Positions 20,701 to 29,319 are shown, counted from the stretch's first letter. The stretch: 64,000 nucleotides of DNA from Candidatus Hydrogenedentota bacterium (GCA_963674865.2 CAXXYE010000004.1:288001-352000); one strand, 5' to 3'. Program-made: numbers and translations. The notes: generated from the sequence alone by a model not told the origin.

Positions 20701-20993
20701 TGGTGGACATGCTGCCGGCCGGCTTCGAGATCGAGAATCCGAGGCTCACCAAGAACATCCCGGAGCTTGACGGGCTGGACAGAGTCACGCCGTCTCATAC
20801 GGATATCCGCGATGACAGGATTATCCTGGTTTTTGACTATGTCATGAAAGGAACCTATCACTACCACTATGTCGTTCGTGCCGTGACGCCGGGGGTCTTT
20901 CAGTATCCCGCCGCGGCGGCGGAGTGCATGTACGACGCGCAGATCCACGGGAACTCATTGCCCACCACGATCACGGTGAGCCGTGCGGAGTAA
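14799..20993 (+). CDS. bacterial alpha-2-macroglobulin family protein
   Basis: 2064 aa with an N-terminal TM anchor; motifs DRDLYRPGETV, EEFVP, AAVDEGI, LPEFTGQLRL, thioester YPYGCIEQ, DMLPAGFEIEN and RDDR. Confidence 0.95.
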   Translation: MSRNLTQKLAYPLALSLAAIAILSGVYLASVAKNEDEAPSGAARAEGEQPAASLPAAPAGEAGIVATDTHSANGPPDEEPPEAGPPLRLAEPQEGMLNIIGMIPLHGQRLEKQIVLFFDDDIVLPTSPDGTPGEPFTLSPPLKGQFRVERNYAAFLLTPNQSLPPSAYFDLCVEPGIRSKDGKALGREQGNLRVAMFAFEPQRVWLLEKNEERTVLGIFFPVTVDVGALRACLEVRDGSDREVPFSLEYGTSKQSFRLFVDSKAEIPLKLKVEAGLRDAQGQFTLALDRTFTYPADPFFHVEEVKWGGRSQNHQDLLIRFTKPVRGEELRWHAVFTNMADKERISFDVPDKGLNTQQRVRLMRKGDEGAVRVALSADLPGEQATRLVEDYTEVLPPAPVPLAVSGTQWGPSANNEYVLFIRFSSPVAREDLEEHLTIVDEKTSEPLEYTIDTRQIADSHRVRFSYLSPEGPRVTLSVSDGLTAPDKSVLLESYTTSLKWSPPKLYIHNLAYQTEGAAGIVVRVRLNRIINVTDLQKHLQVFPDVGEVRAVAGNRMQYTLYAKWRMDVPYEIRVQPGVKFADGSLSSNTATRSFTINDLRPALAFSHPGKYYFTMREGTPLSIQSFGLHQTRVTVHRVFPSNVVYALGRLTQEEEYDFRRRGARESVDDTIAQWAEKLYEKNIELAYGRGEVTDTNLDMADVLPADKRGVFCLEAECKVGDINYRAEKLVMFTNIGLLSHWQDDQVVLFAHDLMTLAPLQRARVSIYSTKRQLMHMGYTDGSGVLRAGGFDTELGEPQLAIVEFGDDTAFLELIPRKDDTAAIKPGMPRYDSEAYDAFLYADRDLYRPGETVHLRWMVRTDFGDALADVPLEFVIGGPRNREIRRQPTTLSAFGTNGFDYVTSKTDPTGEYRVELRLPGSHDAPIGSYRFRLEEFVPNRLKTTVELPAKEMRPDTEYPIVVKAEHLFGASGADRKSACEVVLEKSDWKPEAWPGYRFSNDRHFTRDRVNCGEEQTDEDGKATYTFSYVPVADATFPLRVTAFGSVFELGGRVVTQKADAVFFPSDICLGVRASKPSDGSGVEVHVAAVTPDGAPADLTSVKVTLERQVWDYYIRRYDSRYESNWADSYEEIETREVPLDAGRGAVTMDVKGYGRYRVRVHSEQTPQFSTLSFHSYWYGAQISFGDSARPTLIKLEVDKERYRPGDEAVLLVESPFDGRGLVVVQGEAIQNMIPFEIKGNKAEVKVPITAENVPNLWLEVTALHELKTDRAQVYPFSSFAMIPLRVEHANRVLHVEFPGLPEEIRPATGAQFEISVRDGEGKPVQAELTLAAVDEGIHAITDYRTPDPYGFFSRPRQPDYRRAHYYDKVAYSFDKPGFGGGSERSKRALTIGENWIRPVALWSGVVETDAEGKALVSMDLPEFTGQLRLVAVACSATASGAGSGNVFVRRPFVLRTSMPRFMLPGDVADCAAIVFNTTEQPAQAAISWTASGPVSTEGGEERLEIGPKAEGRALARFTAAQGVGQGHITWRVVVTDAQGHQLEDLKLEAPMPVRPSSSYQSDYQFAVLDPGQTRAFKNERFLENAWAECHISVTADPLSRLEPALKYLIDYPYGCIEQTVSRLMPLYLLRSSRATLGHAAEDSEALSTIIEAGIQRIFSMQMPNGGLAAWPGGYRTYPYGSLYALHFLTLVKNDRQFPVPGAPYNGLQQYARTVASDWSDASESHLYQRAYALYVLTLGGDLEAAKQIGRFDNIKMPQPGRYLLAAALARATQDADRVKMYLTEMPSVPYEVVEQSGSLSSDIRNVAVELMALHQMGGEPDEVHARAETLIRYFEWRRHGNTQETAFAVTALCEYLGELAAGLESPSATIAGPSGSMGIADQGLYVDSHQGPGAEYTVTNTGQSPMFVNLTTKGFLAKSETAAVREGVGVERIILTKEGMPIEDTAVRQTDTYVVHLTIHADARRDNLVVVDMLPAGFEIENPRLTKNIPELDGLDRVTPSHTDIRDDRIILVFDYVMKGTYHYHYVVRAVTPGVFQYPAAAAECMYDAQIHGNSLPTTITVSRAE

Positions 20994-23324
20994 GTGAACG
21001 TGCTTTCGAGTGAAGAGCGAAGATCCCGCGGATCTGGGGCCGGCCGCCTACGGCTTCTAGCGTCTCTGTTGGACGGCGTGGCGGCGGCCCTTGTTTCCGC
21101 GGCCGCCCTGCTATGGCCAATGGATACGGGCCGGTATCTTACCGTGGACGCCTCCGGGGAGGTTCTGGATCGCAATGGGCAGACGCTGATGGCGTTTCTG
21201 AACGAAGGCGAGCAGTGGTGTTTCCCGCGTGGTTTGGACGAAATGAGCCCATACCTCAGGCAGGCTACCATCGCCGTGGAGGACGGGCGTTTCTCAGTCC
21301 ATCCCGGCGTGGATCCGGCAGCCGTTCTTCGCGCTTTGGGGCAGAACATCCACGGGAGGCGCGTCATCTCCGGTGCATCCACCATTACGATGCAGGTGGT
21401 TAAGAAGGACGCGGCCTCGTCGCGATCACTCTTGGGGAAGGCGCTTCAGGCGTTGCGGGCAGTTCGCCTTGACCTCCGAGTCGGCAAGGAACGCATTCTG
21501 GAGGCGTACCTTAACTCAGCGCCGTACGGCATCAATCTTGTGGGATGTGAAGCTGCCTCCCGCCGGTACTTCGGTGTACCGGCCAGGGAGCTCACCTTGC
21601 CTGAGGCCGCTCTACTGGCCGGGCTTCCGAAGTCGCCGACGGGCTTCATGCCGCTGGCGCATCCTCGCTCGGCCCGAAAGCGCCGGGACTACGTGCTCAC
21701 GAGGATGCGGGAGGAACGATACATCTCCTCCGCTGAGCTTGAGGAAGCCAGGAAAACGCCTTTGGGCGCGGCATGGCATGACTATCCGATGCTCTCGCCC
21801 CATTACGGAATGCGGCTGGCCGAGCAGACGCGGGAGCGGAAGCAGGTAGAGACTGCCCTAGATGGCAGTATCCAGGCCCGCGCTGAGGCGCTGGTAAGAC
21901 GCCACCTGCGCGATTATCCCGGTGAGATTACCAATGCCGCCATGCTCGTCGTCGACGTGGAAAGCGCGGAGGTACTGGCCCGCGTGGGCTCGGGCGACTT
22001 CTTTGACACGCCCGGCGGCGGGCAGGTGGACGCATGCCGCGCGCTGCGCTCTCCGGGATCTACGTTGAAGCCCTTCATCTACGGCTACGCTATCGAGCAT
22101 GACGTGCTCTATCCATGCGAGACGCTGTATGACGGTAGGCTCGACTACGGAGGCTATAGTCCGGAGAACTTCGACGGGGGATACAGCGGCCTCACGACGG
22201 CCTCGGAGGCCCTCCACTGCTCGCTCAACATTCCCGCGATCACGGTGCTCGGCCGCGTGGGCGTCTCGGCTTTTCGTGCGTTTCTACCGCACCTAGGTAT
22301 CGATACCGCCCGGAAGCCCTCGGATTTCTACGGATTGGGCCTCACGCTCGGGAATTGTGAGGTGCGGCTCGAGGACATGGCGGCCGCCTATTGCATGATC
22401 GCGAATCTGGGCGAGTACCGCCCGCTCAGACTATCCCCGTCCGCGCCGGCCGCTCCCCCGCGTCGCTGCTTCTCGCGCGGAACTTGCCTGGCGCTCTACG
22501 ACATGCTCGAACAGCCGCTGCCCGAGGAGTTCTCCGTGGATCTGGTGCCCACGGGACGCCTGGCGCCCCGCGTGTGTTGGAAAACGGGCACCTCCGCGGA
22601 TTACCGGGACGCCTGGACCTTTGTCTTCAACCGGCACTACCTTGTCGGTGTATGGATGGGCAATAACGACGGCTCGAGCTCAAAATGGCTGGTGGGGGCC
22701 GATGCCGCGCTGCCGCTGGCGGCCCGGATGTTTCGCAGCCTTCCGCCGAAAGCCTATCCGGCTTGGCCCGAGGCCGGCGAGGATATGAAGGCTGTCCGGG
22801 TGTGCGCGCTCAGCGGCTTGCCCTGTACGGAATGGTGTCCGCACACGCGCACCGCGCTCATTCCCCGCGATCAGTATCTTCTGCGCCGGTGCGATGTGCA
22901 CTATCCCTCCGCTCGTACCTCGCATGGGGAGGAGGGCCTTTTGGTGCGATGGCCTGGCTCGCCTGAAGCATGGGACTTGGCGTCGGTGGCGGGCGCTATG
23001 GGGGATTCAGCACCTGAACCTGACGCCAAGGTCGTGAGGCGCAAGGAACTCCGCATCCTTCAGCCCGTCAACGGGGCGCATTACCTCCTGACGGGCGGCG
23101 CCAAGGCAGAGCGCGTAGCACTGTGGGCTTCCACCGAGCACAATACGCCCCTGCACTGGTATGTGGGGCGCCGCTATCTCGGTACATCGGAGCCGGAGAC
23201 GCCTCTCTTGATGCCGCTGGAGCGCGGCACGCATCGCCTTGCCTGCATGAGTCCCGACGGGGCGGTGGACAGCGTCGTCTTCGAGGTGACGCTCCCGACT
23301 GCCACCGGCAAAGCTACTCTTTGA
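20994..23324 (+). CDS. pbpC: penicillin-binding protein 1C
   Basis: Transglycosylase motifs EDGRF..HPGVD and SGASTITMQ; transpeptidase motifs GSTLKPF, SLN and KTGTS; directly follows the alpha-2-macroglobulin gene, the canonical arrangement. Confidence 0.93.
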   Translation: MNVLSSEERRSRGSGAGRLRLLASLLDGVAAALVSAAALLWPMDTGRYLTVDASGEVLDRNGQTLMAFLNEGEQWCFPRGLDEMSPYLRQATIAVEDGRFSVHPGVDPAAVLRALGQNIHGRRVISGASTITMQVVKKDAASSRSLLGKALQALRAVRLDLRVGKERILEAYLNSAPYGINLVGCEAASRRYFGVPARELTLPEAALLAGLPKSPTGFMPLAHPRSARKRRDYVLTRMREERYISSAELEEARKTPLGAAWHDYPMLSPHYGMRLAEQTRERKQVETALDGSIQARAEALVRRHLRDYPGEITNAAMLVVDVESAEVLARVGSGDFFDTPGGGQVDACRALRSPGSTLKPFIYGYAIEHDVLYPCETLYDGRLDYGGYSPENFDGGYSGLTTASEALHCSLNIPAITVLGRVGVSAFRAFLPHLGIDTARKPSDFYGLGLTLGNCEVRLEDMAAAYCMIANLGEYRPLRLSPSAPAAPPRRCFSRGTCLALYDMLEQPLPEEFSVDLVPTGRLAPRVCWKTGTSADYRDAWTFVFNRHYLVGVWMGNNDGSSSKWLVGADAALPLAARMFRSLPPKAYPAWPEAGEDMKAVRVCALSGLPCTEWCPHTRTALIPRDQYLLRRCDVHYPSARTSHGEEGLLVRWPGSPEAWDLASVAGAMGDSAPEPDAKVVRRKELRILQPVNGAHYLLTGGAKAERVALWASTEHNTPLHWYVGRRYLGTSEPETPLLMPLERGTHRLACMSPDGAVDSVVFEVTLPTATGKATL

Positions 23325-25812
23325 TGAGCCACACCTCGGCCACTTGCGCGCCGCGTCCGGTGAGCCGCTGCCAGGTGAGGTCAAGTGTTCCGTCCTCCGT
23401 CGCCTCCGGGGGAATCAGGAATTCGAGAGGCGTCACGACGGGCGGCGGGCTGCCCTCTTCGGGGGTGACGATGGCTGCGCTATCGCGCTTGACGGTGTAC
23501 CGCACGCCCTCGAGCGTATGCCCATAGGCGCCGTGTATCTCGTACTTGCCATCGGCTACGAGGCGGATAATCGCCTTGTAGCGGCCCAGATAGGTGACGC
23601 GGACACGGTACGTTGCGTCGGCATCGAGTCCGTCGTAGTGCAAGGTGAGCGGCGTGGCGTTGAGGGCTTCACCCAAGTCGAGCCAGGAGAGTCGATCCGG
23701 GGCGCCTTTATCAAAGGTATGCCCTTCGCGGGGCGTGGTCACGCCAGCAGGATCGTCCCAGAGCGGCTTGGGCTTGGCCAGATGGGGCTGTTTCCATGAG
23801 CATCCGAGGTCATCGTAGAAACCGCCGGGGCCGGGATCTTCCCAGTCGGCTACGCGAGCCAGCCGGGCAAGGCGCACATCGCCGTCGCCGGGATCCTCCG
23901 GCATCGTGGCCGTGAATCGGCCGGTGAGAATGGCGTCGAGCTCATTCTCGATCCAGAGCTTGTTGTTGAGCGGCGTATCGAGGAAATCCAATACTGCACC
24001 GCGCTCCGTGCGTTTGGCCTGGTAGTTCTCGACGTCCAACTGCGCCCCGATGCTCTTGAACAATTCCGCGCCTAGCTCGATGATACGCGCCTTGAGCACG
24101 TCCGTGCGATCATCCTGATCGGACTTGGCTAATATGGCCCGCGCTTCGGCGATGGCCTGCTCGACGCCCATATCGGGGGCCTTGCGCAGCACCGCGCACG
24201 CCCGCTCCTCAATCTCGTTGGCCTTGAGCAGGCGGAGCCGCGTGTAGTGATCGTAGTAGGCGCGAAGCAGGCACTCCTGAAAGCGCCAATTGGCGAGCAG
24301 CGCGTCATCGGCGCCGTCTTCGATCGATTTCCAGAGCGCGAACGTTTTTTCGATGTTCGCATTCTCGGCGAGAGGCCCGACAAAGGCATCCTCCAGCGCA
24401 TACAGTCCCTCACGCACCTTCTCGCCGATGTCCCATCCGAAGAAGAACCGGGCGTAGTCGAGCAGGATGTCGTCAAGGTCGCGATCAGGCTCCCAGCCGA
24501 GGGCCGTCCAGACGACTTTGTTCACATCATCGCCGACGCCGTCGGAGTACGTCACGAAGCCGTCGGCGTACTGATCGAAAAGGTTGTGGATCCGCGCGTG
24601 CCACTTGGGACGCGGTGCAAAGGGCTCGCGGCCCAGCGTCCGCGCCAACGCGCGATCCCAGGCGGCGACGGGATATTGCGCGCGAACGCAATGGCCGATA
24701 TCGCAGTAGCGGCGGATGGGATACTTCTCCGGCACGCCGGCGCGCTGCTCGTCCAGCAAGATGCGCGACCACGCGCCGTAGACGACACCCGTCACCCAGT
24801 CCGGCTGTTCTTGCTGAAGGTAGCCGAAGAACGCGTTGTTCATCTCAGGCGGGAAGCCTTGGTTGGAAACCCATATGCCCAGGCCGGGGTGAATCTTACG
24901 CGCTTCTTCGGCGAACCGGCCCGTCCAGTCGAACATGAGATCGGGCCGCCGGTGATTGCTGCCGCCGTCCCCGCCCGTGAGGTAAAGGTGGTCGAGATGG
25001 GGGACGGCGCGCAAGATGGCGAGCTTCTGCGCGAAGGCTTCCTCGACCTCTTCAAGCGGCTTGCCCTCGCCGCCCAGTGCGCCGGTGAACATCCAGAAGT
25101 CGAATCCATAGTCGCCGCAGATGCGCGACCACTCGGCGGCCATTTCGCCGCCGGTGAGTTTCGCGTGGGGGCCGTCATGTTCATCTGGATCGGCGAACGC
25201 GGTTGTTTCGAAGCCGTTGGCCCCGAATACGGCCATCTCGCGCATGTACTGCTCGTAGGTATCCGGCGTCCATGCATCGTAGCAGTGGGCCAGGCTGCGG
25301 TAGCCAATCTGATGGCCGCGATAGGGATAGCGCGGGGCCGTTGCGATGCGGTAGTCCGAAGAGAGTTCTACCCGCCCCTTTTCCATGTGCAGTTGCAGGA
25401 GGAGGCGGCCGGCGGCGAACAAGATGCCCCGCTCATCGCGTCCCGCGAGGACAACGATGGGAGCCTCCATGTCCTTGTTGACGGCTATGGCGAAGCCCTC
25501 GGCCTTCCGCGGGACATTCATGGCTTGCACAAAGGACGTCAAAGAGGCCGGTGGCTTGTCGGCAAGGCAGAGCAGAATGGTGGGAGATGTTCCCAAGGCG
25601 ATCGTCGGCGTGTTGGGCATTTCGATGCCCGTTCGCTTGGCCACCTCTTCCGTGAGCATCCGCTGCGCCGTCTTGATGACGGGGCTGTCCTCCGGGCAAA
25701 CGAGGACGGCCTTGGCAAGATCTATGGCCGCGGGGGCGGCCGCCGCATGCGCCGCGAGGGCCAGAAACACCAACATCAATATCGACTTGCAGGTGACAGA
25801 GAACGACTTCAT
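23314..25812 (-). CDS. secreted hypothetical protein with a GH20/GH67/GH115-type N-terminal domain, putative glycoside hydrolase
   Basis: Signal peptide; the motif EGFAIAV..IVVLAGRDERGILFAAGRLL..APRYPYRGHQ is typical of that N-terminal domain. Confidence 0.65.
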   Translation of the reverse strand: MKSFSVTCKSILMLVFLALAAHAAAAPAAIDLAKAVLVCPEDSPVIKTAQRMLTEEVAKRTGIEMPNTPTIALGTSPTILLCLADKPPASLTSFVQAMNVPRKAEGFAIAVNKDMEAPIVVLAGRDERGILFAAGRLLLQLHMEKGRVELSSDYRIATAPRYPYRGHQIGYRSLAHCYDAWTPDTYEQYMREMAVFGANGFETTAFADPDEHDGPHAKLTGGEMAAEWSRICGDYGFDFWMFTGALGGEGKPLEEVEEAFAQKLAILRAVPHLDHLYLTGGDGGSNHRRPDLMFDWTGRFAEEARKIHPGLGIWVSNQGFPPEMNNAFFGYLQQEQPDWVTGVVYGAWSRILLDEQRAGVPEKYPIRRYCDIGHCVRAQYPVAAWDRALARTLGREPFAPRPKWHARIHNLFDQYADGFVTYSDGVGDDVNKVVWTALGWEPDRDLDDILLDYARFFFGWDIGEKVREGLYALEDAFVGPLAENANIEKTFALWKSIEDGADDALLANWRFQECLLRAYYDHYTRLRLLKANEIEERACAVLRKAPDMGVEQAIAEARAILAKSDQDDRTDVLKARIIELGAELFKSIGAQLDVENYQAKRTERGAVLDFLDTPLNNKLWIENELDAILTGRFTATMPEDPGDGDVRLARLARVADWEDPGPGGFYDDLGCSWKQPHLAKPKPLWDDPAGVTTPREGHTFDKGAPDRLSWLDLGEALNATPLTLHYDGLDADATYRVRVTYLGRYKAIIRLVADGKYEIHGAYGHTLEGVRYTVKRDSAAIVTPEEGSPPPVVTPLEFLIPPEATEDGTLDLTWQRLTGRGAQVAEVWLIKE

Positions 25813-25940
25813 GGCTCATTCTTCCTTCCGAATAGGGCCGACAAGAGAGGAATACGATTCCTCAAGAGTTCGCGCCAATTGCAGCTCACTTTCTCATTGT
25901 ATACGCTAGCAGGAGAGCGCGCAAAGACGGAGGACGCGGC

Positions 25941-27185
25941 ATGAGCGGCAAGACAGCGTTGGCGGTGTTTCTCGTTTCGGTGTTGAGTGCTCCGGGCGCG
26001 TTAGCCGGCGACGCAGAGGAGGGTGCTCATGGCGGCTCGGCGATGGTGGTGCTCTCATGGGATGAATCGGGGCAGTTCGGCCCCCAGACGCCCGGCACCA
26101 AGACGGCGGGCTGGCAGGAGGCCATCGACTACTGCGTCGAGCACGGACAGGATCTCTACGCTAAAGGCGGCTGGGGCGGCCGCAAGGCCATTTACCACGT
26201 GCAGGACACGATCCGGATTCCCGCGACGCAGGATTTTCGCATCGACGGCGGCGTGTATGTGATCAACTGGGAGGGCCCGGCGGATGATCCGGCGAAGGAC
26301 CTCATGATCATCGACTCGTCGATGAATTGCGAATACCACTTCGGCATCTTCGTGTACGGCGGGGCGGGGGCGGCCCTTCGTATCCGGCCGGAGCATCCGG
26401 TGCCCATCGACGGCTTCCCGGTGGTCGTCGAGACGGAGATCAAGTCGCAGGGGCTCGCCGATCCGCAGCCGTTTGTGCGGGGCGAGCGCCGGGCGGGGAC
26501 GGGCCTGGTTCTGGATGCGACGCGCGCCGGTATCACGTGCAGCCGATTCGACTTCGTCGGCGGCATCCTCAACTTCCAGACGTGTGTGGCCGCGATGGGC
26601 AGCTTCCGGCAGAATCATTTCTCCTGCCTGCATCTTCACACGAACGCCGACAAAAGCACGCTTCTGACGCTCGGCCCGGGATGCTCGCAAAACGTGGTGG
26701 AGGTCGCCATCGGCGTCGATATGGGCGCGGAAGACGTGCGGGGCATTGTGGTTGAGGGGAGCAATAACACGTTTCAGATGATGACGCGCGGCAGTTTCCC
26801 CCGCGGCAATGATCTGATCCTCGAAGGCGCCGCAGCAGGGAACCGCATTGATGTGATTCATGGAAAGGACGCGTTCGATCCCGCCGATTTCCTGACAGAC
26901 AAGGCGGACAAAGCGACGAACCGCCTCACCTGGGTGGGCGGCCGCGTGCCGCTCTACACCGTGGAAGGCTCATCCGGGACGTGGGTGTATACGCAACGGC
27001 TCTATCCGGCCTGCGTTCGCCTTGTCGGGGGCGACGTGCTGGGGATGAAACTCGTCCGCGGAGAGGACAGCGTCGACTGCTACGAATCCTGCAGAGCCGA
27101 CATTCTCATGGACGTGGGCGATGAACTGCACGTCATGAGCACCGAAGCCCCGGCCTTGCAGGTGCGGGCCATCGGAGGGCGCTAG
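25941..27185 (+). CDS. secreted hypothetical protein, probable right-handed beta-helix (pectin-lyase-like)
   Basis: Signal peptide, TAGWQEAIDYC cap motif and Asn/Gly-rich short beta repeats; RBS GGAGG. Confidence 0.55.
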   Translation: MSGKTALAVFLVSVLSAPGALAGDAEEGAHGGSAMVVLSWDESGQFGPQTPGTKTAGWQEAIDYCVEHGQDLYAKGGWGGRKAIYHVQDTIRIPATQDFRIDGGVYVINWEGPADDPAKDLMIIDSSMNCEYHFGIFVYGGAGAALRIRPEHPVPIDGFPVVVETEIKSQGLADPQPFVRGERRAGTGLVLDATRAGITCSRFDFVGGILNFQTCVAAMGSFRQNHFSCLHLHTNADKSTLLTLGPGCSQNVVEVAIGVDMGAEDVRGIVVEGSNNTFQMMTRGSFPRGNDLILEGAAAGNRIDVIHGKDAFDPADFLTDKADKATNRLTWVGGRVPLYTVEGSSGTWVYTQRLYPACVRLVGGDVLGMKLVRGEDSVDCYESCRADILMDVGDELHVMSTEAPALQVRAIGGR

Positions 27186-27399
27186 GCAGGCGAGAGCCGT
27201 CCACAAGTCGCTGCCGCGGGCCGGACTCCCGTCACGGCGCACGGGCACGACACTTCTTGGTGAAGGAAGCCGCTCTCATTTGGGAGTATTCATGCTATAA
27301 CTGTATGTGCAGTCCGGGGCGGGGAAGCAGTGAAGGGGGGACGCCTTGACGTCGGCGTCGTAGGCGCTGTACGCGGAGTGCCGGCAAAGGAGGTTCGTA

Positions 27400-28680
27400 G
27401 TGGTGGTGCGGATGAGGCCTCTTCTGAGGCGGGGCGGCGGCAATGGCGGACGCCCCGGACATACAAGACTTCCGGCCTGGACGAGCATCGGCGTGTTGGC
27501 CGTTCTTATGGCGCTGTTGTGTTTCCCGCGGTACGCCGCCGCGCAAGCGGACAGGGAGGTGTCGCTGTCCGATATCGCCGCCCGCTTGAAGGCGAACTTC
27601 GAGCGCGTGAAAGACCTGACAGTCGAGATAGAGTTCTCCAAGACGTACCGCTCTCCTCCGCCGGCGGAATCCCCGAAGAAGCTGCATCAGCGTCTCTTGG
27701 TAGCCACGATGGGCGAGGACTGCCTGCTCTGGCGCCAGAGCGAGTCGGTGTCCTCCGAGGAGGCACTGCCGCAGACGTATATCAGGCAGTGCGGCTGGGA
27801 CAAGGAGTGCTACTGGCGTGAGAGCGAGCCGCTTAGAGTCGGGGGCGTGGGCGGCACCATAAGTCCACGAAACGAGGCGGATAGAATAGTGCTCTCTCTG
27901 CCCGCTTCCGGCTTCCCCTGCTTCGGATGGGATCCCTTCCATTTTGGGCCTAGCCTGATCGAAAGTTTGGAGAGGGCCGACGCTCACATTGTCGGCGTTC
28001 GGGAGGCAGAAGGGGAGCAGTGCGTTGTTGTGCGGTGCTATGCTGACGTGAGACGCAATAGGTTCAGGCGTAAGGTCTTTCTGTCAAAAGACTTGGGCTA
28101 TGCTTCAGTCCGTTGGGAGGTTTTCATTAGAGGCCACATCCGCGAGATAGGAAGGGTGACGAAGTTCAAGGAGATTCTGCCCGGCCTATGGTTTCCTGAG
28201 GAGTTGATCTGGGAATGGGACGTTGGTGCGGCAAGCTTTGACCGCGTGTCGTGGCCTATGACGTTTAAGGTACTTCATCTGGAGGTGAATCAGGATCTTC
28301 CGGCCGACATGTTCGCCCCGAGTTTTGAGCCTGGGACGAAGGTGGAAGACTCCCGCTCCGGCACCGCGAAGATCTTCCTGTGGGGGCTGGGCCCTGACGC
28401 GTCTGGCGGGCGGCCTGAGGCGTTCGCGCCTGTGTCCGAGAACAAGTTCAGGCCGGCGCGACTTGCCGCGAAGAAGGCCCCGCCCAAGAGGAGTGGCTCT
28501 ATCCCGCCGGTGACTCCCGGTGAGGTGGACGGCGTCAAGACTGAGCGTAAGAAGCCTGTTGTGAGCTGGACGGCGTGCATTGTTATCGCATTTGTGCTGG
28601 TAGACGTCGCGCTGCTTCTCGCTGCCAGAAAGATCCGGGCGCCGGAGGCCCGGCAGGGCGAAGACGAAGCCGGACTATAG
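27400..28680 (+). CDS. hypothetical envelope protein with a LolA-like fold candidate and C-terminal TM anchor
   Basis: RBS AAAGGAGG, N-terminal hydrophobic segment, motif VNQDLPADMFAPSFEPGTKVED, and a C-terminal TM helix followed by RKIR. Confidence 0.55.
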   Translation: MVVRMRPLLRRGGGNGGRPGHTRLPAWTSIGVLAVLMALLCFPRYAAAQADREVSLSDIAARLKANFERVKDLTVEIEFSKTYRSPPPAESPKKLHQRLLVATMGEDCLLWRQSESVSSEEALPQTYIRQCGWDKECYWRESEPLRVGGVGGTISPRNEADRIVLSLPASGFPCFGWDPFHFGPSLIESLERADAHIVGVREAEGEQCVVVRCYADVRRNRFRRKVFLSKDLGYASVRWEVFIRGHIREIGRVTKFKEILPGLWFPEELIWEWDVGAASFDRVSWPMTFKVLHLEVNQDLPADMFAPSFEPGTKVEDSRSGTAKIFLWGLGPDASGGRPEAFAPVSENKFRPARLAAKKAPPKRSGSIPPVTPGEVDGVKTERKKPVVSWTACIVIAFVLVDVALLLAARKIRAPEARQGEDEAGL

Positions 28681-28737
28681 ACAGCCACGTGTGGGCCGTT
28701 CGGACTATCTGCGTTCACAGCCGCCGCGGTGTTCTGC

Positions 28738-29196
28738 CTATCTCTCCCGGGCCGAGAGGCGGTGCTCGATGTGGCGTGCGCCGGGCCGGAGCAGGCCTTC
28801 CGCCAGCATGACGGAATACAGCACGGTAAGGAGAGCCACCGCCATAGCCACGCCAATTATGGAGGGGTCGTCGACTGTCGTCAGTATCTGCACGAGGCCG
28901 ATTGCCGTTCCGAGCACGCCAGCGGCGTACGCCGGTGGAATAAGGCCGCGGAGCACCTGAGCCTGTGTCTGATGGAGGGCCTCATCCGGCAGGCGGATGA
29001 CGATCATCCTGAGCGCCAGGACACCATTGAGCAGGTCCCGGAGGCCGAAAGCCATCAGCCCCGCGCCGAGGGTGACGCCCACTACGATGCAGGCGGCGGT
29101 GGGACAGAAGAATATCGCCGGCTCTCCTCCCATCGCCATGGCCATGATGAGGAGTCCCCAGAAACCGATTAGTCCAACAATACCTGAGATGTTCAT
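28738..29196 (-). CDS. short MotA/TolQ/ExbB proton-channel family protein
   Basis: Motifs IVVGVTLGAGL, PAYAAGVLGTAIGLVQIL and IGVAMAVALLTVLYS; RBS AAGGAGG. Confidence 0.8.
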   Translation of the reverse strand: MNISGIVGLIGFWGLLIMAMAMGGEPAIFFCPTAACIVVGVTLGAGLMAFGLRDLLNGVLALRMIVIRLPDEALHQTQAQVLRGLIPPAYAAGVLGTAIGLVQILTTVDDPSIIGVAMAVALLTVLYSVMLAEGLLRPGARHIEHRLSARER

Positions 29197-29319
29197 TCCT
29201 TGCCTCCTTCCGCGCCGTAGACGTGTCCCTTACCCGAAGTCCGCTTGAGGGGCCTCTAATAGACGGCGAAAACCCCCGTATCCCCCGAAGGGCCGAGCGC
29301 AGGCGCGTCGGCCTTCGGC

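Noticed and set aside
24247..25944. 565-aa plus-strand ORF
   Set aside because: Antisense shadow of the 832-aa secreted protein.
29285..29318. GC-rich hairpin just after the creatininase-family gene
   Set aside because: Imperfect stem with no adjacent U tract; not supported well enough to call a terminator.
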